Source of the DNA: Rhodosorus marinus CCMP1338
Lineage: Eukaryota; Plantae; Rhodophyta
NCBI GenBank assembly: GCA_029953675.1
Contig: JAMWBK010000011.1
Coordinates: 868,001 to 932,000 of the forward strand
DNA: 64,000 nt
Direction of reading: 5' to 3'
The notes below the pieces were generated by a model, which ran no database searches, had not been told where the DNA came from, and worked only from the letters and a program-made list of their open reading frames with translations. Positions 21,111 to 34,260 of the stretch are shown here, in pieces. Every line of letters begins with the position of its first letter. Within the stretch, counting starts at the first letter, position 1. Made by a program: the position numbers and the translations under genes.

Positions 21111-23749
21111 CGTGGGGTTCTGCAAAGTCCGATATCAATCTGCTTTGTTCTGCTGTTCGTCTTTCCAACTGATGACCAGCCAACCTATTCCGTCTCTTGC
21201 CTCGAGTATTCTTGCGAGGTTCATGATCTCTTCTTGCTATAGACCTAAAGACGACCCTTTAAATACCCTGCGTACATGTTTGGTACGCCAACAGGATTTT
21301 TTCACGGAGATGGGTCTCAGATCCAACTCCAGCGAACCGAAGTGGAGATACGAAAGTGATCTATTCTCGGGAACAGGTTTTGATTGCACCTCCTCCTTTA
21401 CATGCGCCGCCTCCAACTGAAAATCTGACGATGTGCTCGCTTTTCCAAGAATTTAAAGGAAAATCCTGCACGAAAGCTGCCAAGCAAACGAAAGCTTTTG
21501 TGGAAGGAAAAGGCAAAGAGTTCTAAGAATTCCAATTGTCAAAAAAGGGAAATTTAGTACTGACAAACCTGAATGCATCGATTCTGTAGGTTGACGAGCA
21601 CAACAATCTCCAACAATAGTTGGGAGGGGGGGGGGATGGCGAACATCTACCATTCCACCCTCCAGCTTTGCTTATTTTACTTTGCTTGGATGTTATTGGT
21701 GAAATCCCGACCAGGCGACCAAAGGCTTTTACTCGCAGGCTTTGGCGTCTGCTAGTAGCAAGTTTGGGCTCGCTGGAGCAGCAGAGGACTATCGACGAAC
21801 GCTATTCCTCCCCTCCGGTGCGTGAAGTCAAAATGATGGGCTTCATGGTGTGCGGACGAAGCGGAGGAAAAATTGGACAGTTGAAATTTTTCTCTCCCGT
21901 CTAGAGAAAACCAGGCCTTTTGCGAAGCGCAGGATTTCCGAGCGAACCACCGGAGTCGAACTAAAAGTCTGGGGTCACAGTGCACAACTGAAGTGTGCTC
22001 ACAAAGCGGCCCTCCTCCAAAGCATATCATATCTTCTAAAAGCCAGCTGCCTACCCCACGTGAAAATCGGACACTGCGCGGCGCTCAAGAGCCTGGAAAA
22101 CATTTACTTTTGCGGCATTTCCGCTCAACCATTTCTAACCCACCCACCCGAAACCATCTTCCAAAGCAAAACGAAAAAGCTGCTCCACGGAAGTGATTGA
22201 CTGCCATCACTACCGATAAGAAATCTACTAAAACTGTTCGTCCCAGCACCAATCGAGAAGGTCCAATCGAACAACAAACCGAAGAGGGAGTAAAAGAGTA
22301 CGGAAAAACATTCACTTTACAGCACTTTCAACCTGCTGGACCATTTTTTTCTTCTCAACCAAACCGAAAAAACTCTTTCACTACTAAAAAATCTCCAATA
22401 CAATAATTAATTTTCCATCACAATCGATAAGAAATCTACATATTGGCTTGCCCACTAAGCAATTTCTTCTCGAAAAGTAAATTGTGAACGCCACTTCAAA
22501 CTGATTGCAATGTAATCAACCGTTCGTAAGCAAACTCGATTATTGAAAACTCAAATTAAAAATCCGTATTTCTACGGAGTGGCTAATTTTTTCATTTGCC
22601 AGGTGCTTATTAAAGAATGAATATTTAAAATATTTATTCAGGTGATATCTCGTTTGCTATTGCCGACGGGGATTCCTCCATGTTTTTAACGTAATACAAT
22701 TTTGGGAGCTAAAGCGGTTGGTGTTGAGTATGTTTTCCTCTGGTGAGCGAAGTCGGGAAGAGGGTTGGAAACTGAGAGATGTGAACGATGTTTGCCTGAT
22801 GAATCGGCAGGGGTTTAAGGGTCCTGTTTGTGGAATGAAAGCCCGCGCGTAGTGTCTTTGGGGCCGCAGTAGTCGTTTTTGGAAGGCAGAGTATGTGCTG
22901 GGTTCGACGAAGGGAGAACCTTGTGGCAGGTTTTTCTGGGGGATTGTGGGAAACGTTATGGTATGTTCAATTTGCACTGCAAGTTATCGAGACGATGCTG
23001 CCATGGCGTTTCCTTGCAACTGCTCAACTGTACGGAGGTTCTCCAGTCCAGTACGTTTTAGGTAGGCGAGCGCGTAAAATGCGGCATCTCATTTGATATA
23101 CGTAGTCCTCTGGGCTTGCTCCTGAGTTCTGGCAGTAACGCATTCATTGAACCTAGGAGGGCGAGATCGTTTCAAAGAGCTTTGCAGCTAGAATCCCAGC
23201 GCTTTTCTTCCGTCACTGGTTTCTACCCTGCCAAAGCCGTTGCCATCGACAACCAAATCCATGCGGAGAGGAATGGAAGTGTCGCCAAAAAATTTCATCA
23301 ACCAGGAGCGATTCTTACATTATGAATAGACTATTTAACAAAACGTCTCAAACAGGAAATCTAGAAATCGCCTTCAATCACAATAAAATAAATCGGAAAT
23401 TATTCCTTCAACTCATCCTAAAACCATTCTAGAATTTGGAACTCCATCCTTCCCTTTGCTAATTGTTCAAGGTCCCGAATGCGAAGGCTATTCTGGACCT
23501 AACCGTGCATCACTTGGTTCCCCGAAGAGACGAATGACTACGTCTTGGCTTTTACTTTGACTCAATAAGAAAGCGTCGTTTCTAATAGCGTCTGAGCACA
23601 CTACTACTTTCTACCATATCTGGCAGGATTCATGCCTCCAGAGTAGGATGTCCTCGTATGTGGGTTAGCTTGGTACTGCCCTGCTTTCATTCATGGACCG
23701 TTGTTCCAAGGATTTGGTGGCCCGGAGTCAAACAAGCGCTCAATGCCCC

Positions 23750-24166
23750 TTAGATGCAAATCTGCTTCTTCACTTCCTTCTCGCACGATGAGCTGAGCTG
23801 CTTGTCGTTCGAGTTGTTCTTGCAAATCTTCTTCTTGCAACCTTCATTGGATTTGGAATTGGGGTACTTGCCGCCCTTGCAAAAGTTGAACCAGCGGGTG
23901 CTAGAGAGGAAAGTACGAGGAGATATGCAGTACCAATTTGCGTTCTCCCACTGAGCAACGCACCAGGTGCCCCTTCCGCTGCTGCGAGTGCAAAGTCTCC
24001 TGTCGTTCGAATTAAGCTCCGGACCAAGAAGTAGCTGCCCAGTGTGCGATGCGTACTGCTCCAGGCAGTCAATATCGATCTCGCAACACTTCAGCGCTGG
24101 CTCAATGTCTGCCCAGTAAGCGTGGGCCGCGGCGACCATGAGCACAAGTGCGACGATGAACCTCAT
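23750..24166 (-). CDS. Small secreted Cys-rich protein, copy 2 (138 aa, 11 Cys)
   Basis: Signal peptide MRFIVALVLMVAAAHA. All Cys and Trp conserved with copy 1. Confidence 0.85.
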   Translation of the reverse strand: MRFIVALVLMVAAAHAYWADIEPALKCCEIDIDCLEQYASHTGQLLLGPELNSNDRRLCTRSSGRGTWCVAQWENANWYCISPRTFLSSTRWFNFCKGGKYPNSKSNEGCKKKICKNNSNDKQLSSSCEKEVKKQICI

Positions 24167-26879
24167 AGTGGATTCGCGGCTTCAATTGGTTTCGTTGAAC
24201 TCTTCGTCTTTCCAGGGTGTCAGGTGCTAGAATCCGTCTTTGCTTAACTCCGCGTTGCTCTTACCGGGTCCGTGACCTCTTCTTGCAGTTTGTGTCCGCT
24301 TAAATGCTTTCCGCTTGGTCTTGGAAAACAAACACGAGATTTCCTGAGATGATTCTCAGATCTAATTCCAGGTCGGCTAAACAGAAAATGTATGAAAAAA
24401 TCTGCGAGCTTGAACGGGTTTGATTGCTTCCACAAGTTGCCACCTACTAGAACCGTGTTTTTGCAACTCCAAGCGTAAACTCGAAGATCACGTATCCAGG
24501 AAACAGTCTGACTATTGCATGTAGCAAACACGTTGAGTATTGTCTCCCAAAGGGGAGAGACGAAACCTCTTCTCGCAAAGCACTAATTTCTACCCTCTTA
24601 CGGCGTCAACAAAAAGCTCACAGCGGCGATTTCGTTGGTTGGAATCTGCGTCAGTTGCCTATAGCCTCTGAGTCTAAGATCAACCACCGAAGAACGACGC
24701 ATGGACAATTCCAGCTACCGCCACGTGCTAAACGTTAGTGACAAGTCCAGGAAAGCCTTTTGGAGTAATCGGGGACTACGGTCGTAATCAGACGTGAAAT
24801 CTTCTAATTTCCTCGTTCAGGTTCATGAGGATGACACAAAGCGGGGACGAAAGTTGCCGAAGTTGGCATTCGAAAAAGCTTTCCGTTTACTAGCATGAGC
24901 TGCCGAGCTTACACCCCAGGATTCCGAGCGAATTCTTTGGAAAACTAACCGTTCAACACCACAAAATCCCGTCTAGCTGCAATTTTCTCGAAGTGGATAC
25001 CTGGTTTCTTATCCCATTGCAAGCCAACCATTCATCGCTCGAGAATCCCGCAGAGCTGCAATTTTCTCAAATCGGATACTTGATACCTTTTCAAAGCGAC
25101 CATTTTCCATTTCAGATCCCGTGAAACCCCTAGCAGGTGGAGGCACCAGGTCAACCTCGACCGAGCGAGAAGGTCCAATCAAGTCCGCTACCCGGAACCT
25201 CGAGATTCACTTTCCACTCTCTCCGGCCTATATAATCTCAACAAACCCCCCAAAACATTCAAAGCGATGTATCCAATGAAGCAGCCAAACCCAGAATTCA
25301 TCCTGAATTGCCGCAGAGCAACCATGACGAAAGTCGCCCAACATTAGCGACCACGCTAAGCATTCTAAAAAATATGCTCCCATCCCCATCAACCGAAACT
25401 TCCGACTATGGCAATAGAACAAATAAAAATCCAAGTTTCTGCACGACAATTTCTTGCTGACACTATGCAAAACCAATTGAATAGTTGAAATATTTCTATT
25501 GGTGAAAGCCCCCGATTGCGGATGTTGAATTCCCGTAGAACTTAACTAGATCAGAGCGCGAGGTTGGATTGGGATACGCTAAGCTTTTCGCTATACGAAT
25601 TTGATAGTGGGTTGGAAATGGTGTAGGAAGAGATGCGGGTTAAGACTCTTGTGCAATCAAAGGCGAGATGAGCTGGTTTTTGAGTACTGGCGTGTGGAAA
25701 GTGAGAAAAGCAGTTGTTGTGTTTCTGGACTTTTTTGGTGGCAATGCACCGGAGTGTGGATTATGGGCATACGGTGCGTATAACGGAGGGTTGGCTGTTG
25801 TGCGTGCGGAACGTAGTCGTTTCAGAACCCCTCTTCGTCCCAGTAGGCATGGTCGGAGATTCTCTTTGAATTTGATCCTGCTTCTGTCCTGCGGGGCCGC
25901 AGTTAGATCTCTTCGTTGTCAACTGTTCTGCCGTTGCCCCTTTAGTCTCAAGGCGCCATGACGATAGTTTAGCCATATTCTTCCCTGTTCACATGTATAT
26001 ATCATGCCGTAGCAATCGGGAGGCCAGTTACTGCATCGAAACATTCACTATTAAGCGAAAGGCTGGTTCAACCCTGCTTCCCGAGATCTCTAGCTACTTT
26101 TTAAACAAACACCCGCCGACGATCAGGCTACCTTGACGATCCAACCGCAGAGCCGCTGAAAAGCAAGCTCCGCGTTCCCTTCCAACAGGGTTCTCTTCAC
26201 TCCTACTCTGGCATCCTTCTGGACATGTGAGTCAGGACAGGAGCAGGCGCTCCTGTCACATTAAAAAAGTTTTCAATCCGCATATCGCAAGCAGCCACAC
26301 ACCCACCCACGCCCTCCTCGGACACCAGATCCTGTTCGTTTCGACTCCTACAAGATTATGTACATATTTTTTAAATCAATACGTTCATCTAAAAATATCC
26401 AGGAAACACCTCTAAAATAAAAATAAAAAAGAAACTATCTGTTCAACCCTCCTAAAACATATTCTAAAATATGCACCTCGACTAAACCACTTGATGCAGC
26501 CCGTATCCCAGGTCCGAGATCATGAAGAATCACCCAGATTAGGACGAATTCTGAGAATAAAATGCACTGACTCTCCGTTTTTGTTAATAAAAACGAAATA
26601 TTTGAAAAGAGACAGTCATGATTTGGATAAATTTAGAAAATCTGGAATTTCGGAGATGCGTTGTGGCTTTGTGTTGGAGGAGTAAGCTGTTGAGGGAAGG
26701 TGCCGGGGCAACGGTGAGGAGGGGAAAGGAGTAGTTGGCGTGAACTTTTTGGTTATGAAAACTGTTTATCTGGAGGGTGATTTTTCGGTCTTGTGTAGAA
26801 CGAGTCTTCTGGAGAAAGCCATTTTGTTGATTGGCTCAAATTTGGTCTTTTGATTTTGCGTTTTTTGGTTTCCCTAGAG

Positions 26880-27915
26880 ATGAATAGTTTGGTGTCTAGT
26901 TTGGCTGAAAGGGGTGTGAGGGGGAGGTTGGGGATGGGATCTGTGTCTGTTTTGAGGCGCGGAATGGCTGATACTCGGGAAGTAGCGGGTGAGTAGTTTG
27001 TCCTTGTGTTTGGACGCCTTTCTTGTTTTTGCGTGGTTGCGAACATCCTTATTCTTTTTTTTATTGAGAGGCTGCTGACTTCGTCGTTTCGGTCTTGTTG
27101 TTCTCCGTCGGTTGATATCTGGTGATTAACCGTTCTGAAGATGCGAATGATGAGTGGTCGCCAAGGAGAAGAAACCTGGGATTGACCGAGGACATATCGC
27201 TCAATGACCGTAAGTCGTGGAGTCCCCCCTTTCGAGGAATCGCCCCGTTCCCGATCTGGCCGCGACAATGGACTTACATTTCTCTTATGAACTGCTTCTT
27301 TGTTCACAGTTGCGGCTAGAACTATACGGGATTTGTTCATGACCGAAATGGTGAGAGGTCTGGGAATGCTTTTACAGATGTCGACCTTACCAGCCTACAC
27401 GATAATGTATCCGTCAGAAAAGGGCCCCCTCTCACCCAGATTTAGAGGGGAGCATGCGCTTCGAAGATACCCATCGGGTGAAGAGCGCTGCATTGCTTGC
27501 AAGCTTTGTGAAGCCATCTGTCCAGCTCAGGTACGCACTCCCCAGCCAAGACGTACAAGGAACCCAAATTCTGTCCCAGCGATGGATTTTACGACAGCAT
27601 CGTCCTTCCCTTCCTACCTGACAACGGATTTTCTTTATGAAAACTGAACAACAGGCAATCACGATTGAGGCCGAGCCGCGACCAGATGGGTCCAGACGTA
27701 CCACAAGGTATGACATCGACATGACGAAGTGCATTTTCTGCGGATTCTGCCAGGAAGCTTGCCCCGTCGATGCCATTGTTGAAGGCCCCAACTTCGAGTA
27801 TGCAACCGAGACCCACGAGGAACTCCTCTACAACAAGGAAAAGCTCCTCGCCAACGGGGATCGTTGGGAGTCGGAAATCGCTAAAAACCTCGCCGCGGAG
27901 TCGGCGTATCGTTAA
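26880..27915 (+). CDS. NDUFS8: Complex I TYKY/23-kDa Fe-S subunit; exons 26880-26988, 27141-27209, 27310-27530, 27655-27915
   Basis: [39 protein letters not shown] and [17 protein letters not shown] (two 4Fe-4S motifs). In-phase GT-AG introns. The first two exons are less certain. Confidence 0.96.
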
Positions 27916-28886
27916 GAAGCAGATTGGAATGGAGGAGGACAGTAAGTATTTAATGGTAATTCTCTCTTAGTGTCGAGTTTCAACCCTAGCTATTTGTAAA
28001 GTACATGGCCGTCCAGGCCGAGCAAGGACTGTGATGAAAACTTGCATCATGCGAACAGCTTCTATTCTGTTGGAGTTCTTGGCTCGGATTCGCGCCGCGA
28101 GAAATCGAGTTCTAGGCTTTGCGCTGAAGCCCGTAGAGAGAGCTACAGGATCGGCATACTGGATCAGCAAGACGCTTCGCCGAAAACCCTTGATTGCCTA
28201 ATGCACTTGTGGTGAACTCACACTACTTAGCGCTACCAAGCCATAGCCCTCTTTATCTGTTTCTTAATCACCACGGAGGGTTTTCTTGCCTCTTTGTGGC
28301 CACGAGAAGCTTTCTTCTATTTGCGGTTCTGGATTCACTGTTGTTGGTGATAGCCCGGCTCACCACTAAGCCCTCAAGTGCTTAAAACCTTGTCCTATGC
28401 GCACGTGGCGGTGGAGAGCACAACCGGGTTATGACATGTCGTTGCTTTCATCTAACATGCTCGGTGTCCTCCAGCGGCATCGCCCATATGCATGGGAACG
28501 TACGACGTCTTCAACACTCGCGACGCGAGCGTCCATGTAATCGTATCTATGTGACTATCATTCCGCCTCGATTGATCGGTACCTTCGGACCCAAAGCCCT
28601 TAAGCGTTGGAACTTTTGCCAAGTGCGGCAATGAATCTAGTCGAAACCAAATCTCTATGGTGGGTGGTCAATGGTCTGTATCAGTTTGTGGTCGATAGCC
28701 ACCTGTCCAGTCCTTATCAAGAGCGCCAGACTTGGCGTTGGATGCCGCAGGCGAGTTAGGATGGAAAGATGAGACCTTGAGGTGGTGTTTTGGATTAGAG
28801 AGCTTCCACCTTCCACATGTGCTCTAGGGAAGTTTTCTTACTGAGCTATAGAGGAGGATCAAGGCCATAGTTGGACGGGCTTCGCA

Positions 28887-30780
28887 ATGCTGTTTCTCGG
28901 ACTAGACCTCAGCAGCCAAGGTGAGCTGTCGCTGTTACGATTGGATCGGTCTCAAGTGGATTCTCACGTACGATTTGTTGGTGGTTGAAAGAGCTGTCTG
29001 GTTGTTTTCTGTCAAGGACTTAAGGCGATTGTCCTGGAGGATGACCTGAGCGTGAAATCTGAATTCTCTGTGAACTTCGATGGAGACCTTCCGGAGTATG
29101 GAACTAGAGGCGGCGCCCTTTTTGGAGAGAATGGATCGGCTTTTTCCCCCACTATTATGTTTGTGGAGGCAGTCGATAAGCTTCTGCACGGCCTCGTTGC
29201 GATTGGGGTCAACCTCGCTGAAGTCGGCGCTTTATCGGCTTCCGGACAGCAGCATGGAAGCGTCTACTGGGCGAGTGGTAGTGCTGAGAAGCTCAAGCAG
29301 CTGAACCCTGAACTCGAACTCGTGCCTCAGCTAGGAAACGGTTTTTCAGTCAAGCAATCACCAATCTGGATGGACGCCTCAACGGCGAAGTATTGTGCGG
29401 CCCTGGAGGCGGCTGCTGGGGGAGCAGCCAACCTCGCCTCTGAGACGGGATCCAAAGCTTTCCGCCGCTTCACCGCATCCCAGATCTGGAAGATCAAGGA
29501 TAAAGATCCGGCCACATTCGCTGCAACCCAGCGCATAAGTCTGATTAGCGCGTTCATCGTGTCTGTATTCCTTCAAAAGTTCGCCCCCGAGGATTCGTCC
29601 GATGCGTCCGGGACAAATCTGATCGATCTCAGATCGGATCCGCCCCAGTGGAGCACAAAGATGCTCGATATCGTATCTCCAAAGCTTCGAGAAAAGCTCT
29701 GCTCTGCCCCGGTCGATTCTTTTGCTCTCCTGGGCAATATTGGTGAATACTTTCAAAGACGGTAGCTTGCAAACATTGCAACATAGCAACGTTCAACTCA
29801 GCTCTGGACAGGATCTGAGCGCCGCGACGTTTCTCTGGGTTAGGTACGGCTTCTCAGGGTCATGTCGTGTGGTCGCGGCTGCTGGCGATAATCCTTGCAG
29901 TGCAGCGGGTATGCTGATGAGGGAGGACGCGGACCTCTGCGTGTCTCTAGGAACATCAGACACGGCGTTCATGCTTTCGAGCACTGCAACGCCACGTGCT
30001 GATGTAGGGAGCATCTACAGGAATCCACTGAAGCGACTCTCGTACATGCCTATGGTAGTCTACACCAACGGATCGCTGACTCGCGAATCTGCTCGAGACT
30101 ATGATGGGAAGGCTCGGAGCTGGACCGAATTTGAGGATCTCATCAAGAGCGTGCCGAAGGGAAACAATGGTATTGTCGGGTTTTATCTGCCTAGACCGGA
30201 AATTGCTCCGGAAACGAACGGGGACGTATCCCGATACTTTAACGAGGTAAGGAGGTACGAAGAAGTCTGCATCGACAAGGAAGATCAACACGCTGATTTC
30301 TGAGTTTCTGTGGTTCGGCAATGGGACGTGTTTCAGTGCGGGAACTCGGTTGAGGACAGCGAAATATCGCTTGGAACTCGGTGTCGAGCAGCGCTAGAAA
30401 TGAGGGCGCTTGCGATAAGGTACCACACTACTTGTCTCGGCATGTCCAAGCCGGTACGGATTGTAGCGACTGGCGGAGGGTCGAGCTCACCAAGCATGAT
30501 CCAGATTTTAGCAGACGTACTGCAATGCCCCGTCTATGTGTCTCCGACAGTGAACAGCGCGGGCCTCGGTGCGGCATACCGAGCGTTCCACGCCGTCCAA
30601 TGCGAAGCTGCCGACGGAGGGTTTGTCGACTTTTCGGCCTCAATTTCATCGAAGAAGGATGTAGAAAGCGACAGAGTTCTCGAGGCTTCTCCAGACTCAC
30701 ATTCAAAGGCAACCTATGACAACTTGTACACCAACTATATCCGCTGCGAAAAGCTCGTGCTTGAGGATCAGCGTGCTTGA
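28887..30780 (+). CDS. XYLB: Xylulose kinase (FGGY family, eukaryotic XYLB/XK-2 type); exons 28887-28920, 29017-29761, 29844-30246, 30337-30780
   Basis: LFLGLDLSSQGLKA, SGQQHGSVYW, SPIWMDAST, DASGTNL, GDNP, VSLGTSDT, TGGGS. In-phase introns of 96, 82 and 90 bp. Confidence 0.93.
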
Positions 30781-33117
30781 TCGAAGGATACTCGCCAAGT
30801 CACCATTTACAACGCCTCCACTCTTAAGGATGGGTTGAATACACGGACATCGATCCCAAGGTGCTCTGACTTCGCCACGCGAGTGGGGAGAGCAAACAAC
30901 ATCAAGTCAATCAAACTAGCGCCCTGCAAAAGTCAATAACCCCAGCGTCGGGAGTTTCTTGCAAAGTACGTCTCCTAAACCAATGTCAATGACAATCACG
31001 CGGTTGCCGGATTACGAAGCGGTCCAGTTTCAGTATAGTGGGTTCCATCTTGGTACTCAGATGAGTTCCATTGGAATTCGAAACTCTACATACTAGGAAG
31101 TCCCTTGACGTTCAGCACTGCTGAACCGCTATTTCTTCGCCCATCGCAACACAAATCCCCCGCCCAATGCGACTGGTCGTACAGGAAATATCTCAGCAGT
31201 GTCAGGAGATTGATATACGTTGATTGATCCTATTTTCAATCACCATCAAGAAATAGACCAACAAACATCAACCAAATATCAATATTGATTGATATTCATC
31301 AATATCGGTAGATTCGATCTATTTATCCTGTACCGAGAAGGGCAAAGATAATATGTTCGTAATTAGTTCGCGGATATTGTTGCGATCGGATATCGTTATT
31401 AACGCTTCATCTGGTCTGAATATGGCAAAAATGTATACAGCGATAACGTCAGGGGTATAAATTTTCCGCGTGTACAAAAAAATCACTTGTGAGTCATATG
31501 TAAGTGCGCTCCTAATTTCCGAAATTAATGATACTGAGAGACTATTAATTGGTTAGCTTAGACTGAAAGTCGTGAACTATTCGCCCAAGCCGGGTTTGAA
31601 CTGTAATAATCATATCAATATTTAAATATTCAAAGAAAAAAGTATATGATTGGATTGCAACAGATGTATGGCATTGTTTATTGGATAATTGAAGTATCCA
31701 ACCTAGGTTCCACTGCAATGGCAATGACCGATCAGTTTTCGAATAGGAATCCCCAGCCCTTGGTTTCTGTAGCCATGGTCAGCCAGCAATGTTCGGAATC
31801 TTAGGGGGAGGATTTTCCACCACATGCCTAAAAAAGCATTCAATCCCTGGATCTAAAAGTAGTTGAAATATCTCCTTAATCATGTTCATTCCGAGTCGAA
31901 CGTCTAGATAAACTGAAAAAAAGAAAACTTATAGGCCATGGGTATCTTAATTATGATTCCGCGGGAACGTTCGAGCATAGTTCCCGCCCAGACTGAGAAG
32001 ATACAAGGAGATGTTTGTGCAGGGGGGTTCCAGTTTGGGTGCTATCTTACAAGATCTCCACAACTGTAACGCACTGGTGTCATATCTTCTATCGTACTCT
32101 ATATAATAATGAAATAAAATAAAATAAATGATACCGATTATCGAATATACTGGTAACAAGTCGTATATCTATTTCTGCAGCCAAAAATCCGAACATGCTG
32201 CTCAAGAAATATTTATTATACATATTGTCACATAAACGATATTGTTCAAAGCCGTTGGCTTTGGATCTTCTGATTCCACCACATGTTGAAGAGCGGACAA
32301 CAAGCATCAAACTCGATGCAGTCGGAATTCCAACGAATCTCACCTAACCCCCCTTACAAACCGATTTCAAGAAACCCTATCAGATCCCGATTTTCAAATT
32401 TTAGCAAAAGACAAAACCCGCTCACTCCAATAATATCCGTTTCGAATAAAAATACCCTGGAAACCTCCAATTTTGGAGCACCCCCCTTTTCCGACAAGAA
32501 TTGCTAGCACTTCAAACCCCCCTCTGCCCCGCTACAAAATTCATCCTCATGGGCATTCAATGTCCTTACTGATTTTCCATCAAAACAACACAGGTTGTTA
32601 AGAAAAAGAGGCAAAAAAAGATGAATTGGCAGCTATTGGTCTTTTTCAGAAGTTTCTTAGCCCCTTCGTTTTGCTTAGGCAAAAAGGAATTTCTTCATCT
32701 CAGGAAAATTCCAGCACATCCTTCTCCAGGCCGTTCATTTTGATCTGGGGAGTGGCCCTTTTTTAATATGGGCTGTTGTCATAATTAACAAAACTAGTTC
32801 TATAAAGCAGGAATAATATAAGTTTTTGGAAATATATGGATTTGATTTAGATGCTCAGGGCTTGATTTGGAGAGCCGCACGCTTTCTTAAGATGTTCAGG
32901 AAGTTGATGGCTGCCTTGCATTTCGCGCTCATATAGCTGGCGCTCAAAGAGTGTTGGTGATGAGTGGGAAGTGGGGGAGGGTGAAAGGCAGGTTGGACTC
33001 TTAAGGATGGAGTATACGTTTTGAACGAGTAGGATGATAAGATGAGATAGGAGAGAGTGGTTGGATTCTTTGAATGAGGGTGTATTTAGTTGTTGTCCAT
33101 ATTGTTATTTAGTCGAG

Positions 33118-34260
33118 ATGGCGTTTGTGGGTAGTATTGGGGTAGGTGGCGCCCGGGCTGGGCAGGGGCGGAGGTGTGTATCTATGAAGGTACAGACCAT
33201 GCCGACCGCTGTGCGGTTGCAGAGCTTGAGGTCGTCTGTAAATAGTCCTGTTGGAAAGGTCCGCAGCAGAGCTCCATGCAATGTAAATGACGCGCTGGAC
33301 TACTTGCTTAGTCGGGGTGTGAGGATTGACGCTGTGGAAGTGGGAAGGAGCGTAATGGACGTGTTGAGGGAGCTGCATGTAGAGGAAAGCACCGCCCTTG
33401 CTGGCTTGTTAAGGGGTATGCCCCTCACTGAAGTTGAAATTTCCAATATGTTTGGAGAGGAGACCCTTGAAGTTTGGAGAAGGGATAGAGAATTCTGCGG
33501 GATGATGCTTGCAAACCCTTTGGAAACGCCGAGACTTTCACTGGTGTCTATGATTGGCGACTTTCAATGCCTGGTCATTGAGCTCGCTCATGCAGTAGCT
33601 AGTCTACGACATCTTCCGATGAGTTCTTTGTCCAAGAAGACCAAGGAACATTTGCAGCAGATACTGAAAGTCCACGTCCCGTTGGCGGACACCCTGGGCC
33701 TGAAGGCGGTGCATGCGGAGCTCGAAGAACTGGCGTTTATGCACCTTTACCCGAAGGAGTACGACCAAATGTGCGTGCTTGTCGGGGAGCGGTTGGAAAA
33801 GTACGGAACTTTGTTGGGAGACACAATCAGGGAGATGGAGCTTGCGCTGGCAAATCTACCGCAGTTCCAGAAGGTATCATCATTCCGCGTGTACGGCCGT
33901 ATCAAAAACTGCTTCTCGATTTACCGAAAGATGATGAGCAAGGAACTCAAGTTTGAAGAGGTTATGGACTTCGTAGCGCTTCGAGTCATCCTGAACCCGA
34001 AGACCGGTGTTTCTGAACAAGAGGCGTGCGAACGGGTGATGCGAGAGGTGACGAAGCGCTGGAAGACCGTGGAAGGCACAACCAGGGACTACATCAGCCA
34101 TCCGAAGGATAACGGATACCAGTCCCTGCATACCACGATTCTGCCAGAGGGCCTCCCAATGGAGGTCCAGGTTCGCACGGAAAGAATGCACGAGTGCTCT
34201 GAAATCGGCAGTGCTGCCCACTACAACTACAAGTTCGAGGGCCTGCACCAGCTGATCTAG
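33118..34260 (+). CDS. RSH: Plastid-targeted RelA/SpoT homologue ((p)ppGpp synthetase) with degenerate HD hydrolase region
   Basis: MAFVGS transit peptide. Synthetase motifs GRIKNCFSIYRKM, DFVALRV, DYISHPKDNGYQSLHT, EVQVRT, AAHYNYK. AGLLRG replaces AxLLHD. Confidence 0.93.
   Translation: MAFVGSIGVGGARAGQGRRCVSMKVQTMPTAVRLQSLRSSVNSPVGKVRSRAPCNVNDALDYLLSRGVRIDAVEVGRSVMDVLRELHVEESTALAGLLRGMPLTEVEISNMFGEETLEVWRRDREFCGMMLANPLETPRLSLVSMIGDFQCLVIELAHAVASLRHLPMSSLSKKTKEHLQQILKVHVPLADTLGLKAVHAELEELAFMHLYPKEYDQMCVLVGERLEKYGTLLGDTIREMELALANLPQFQKVSSFRVYGRIKNCFSIYRKMMSKELKFEEVMDFVALRVILNPKTGVSEQEACERVMREVTKRWKTVEGTTRDYISHPKDNGYQSLHTTILPEGLPMEVQVRTERMHECSEIGSAAHYNYKFEGLHQLI

Noticed and set aside
21600-23330. 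Possible short multi-exon genes, including a CxxC...CxC (RINGv-like) stretch near 22960-23030
   Set aside because: No in-phase splice model and no remaining RING ligands could be found.
20580-23642. SECIS-like hairpins downstream of the Cys-rich genes (20580-20604; 23619-23642)
   Set aside because: Neither ORF has an in-frame TGA (stops are TAG and TAA), and the stems are short and not clearly equivalent.
24965-25083. Two ~40-bp similar segments 79 bp apart
   Set aside because: Real, but short, two-copy and without further structure.
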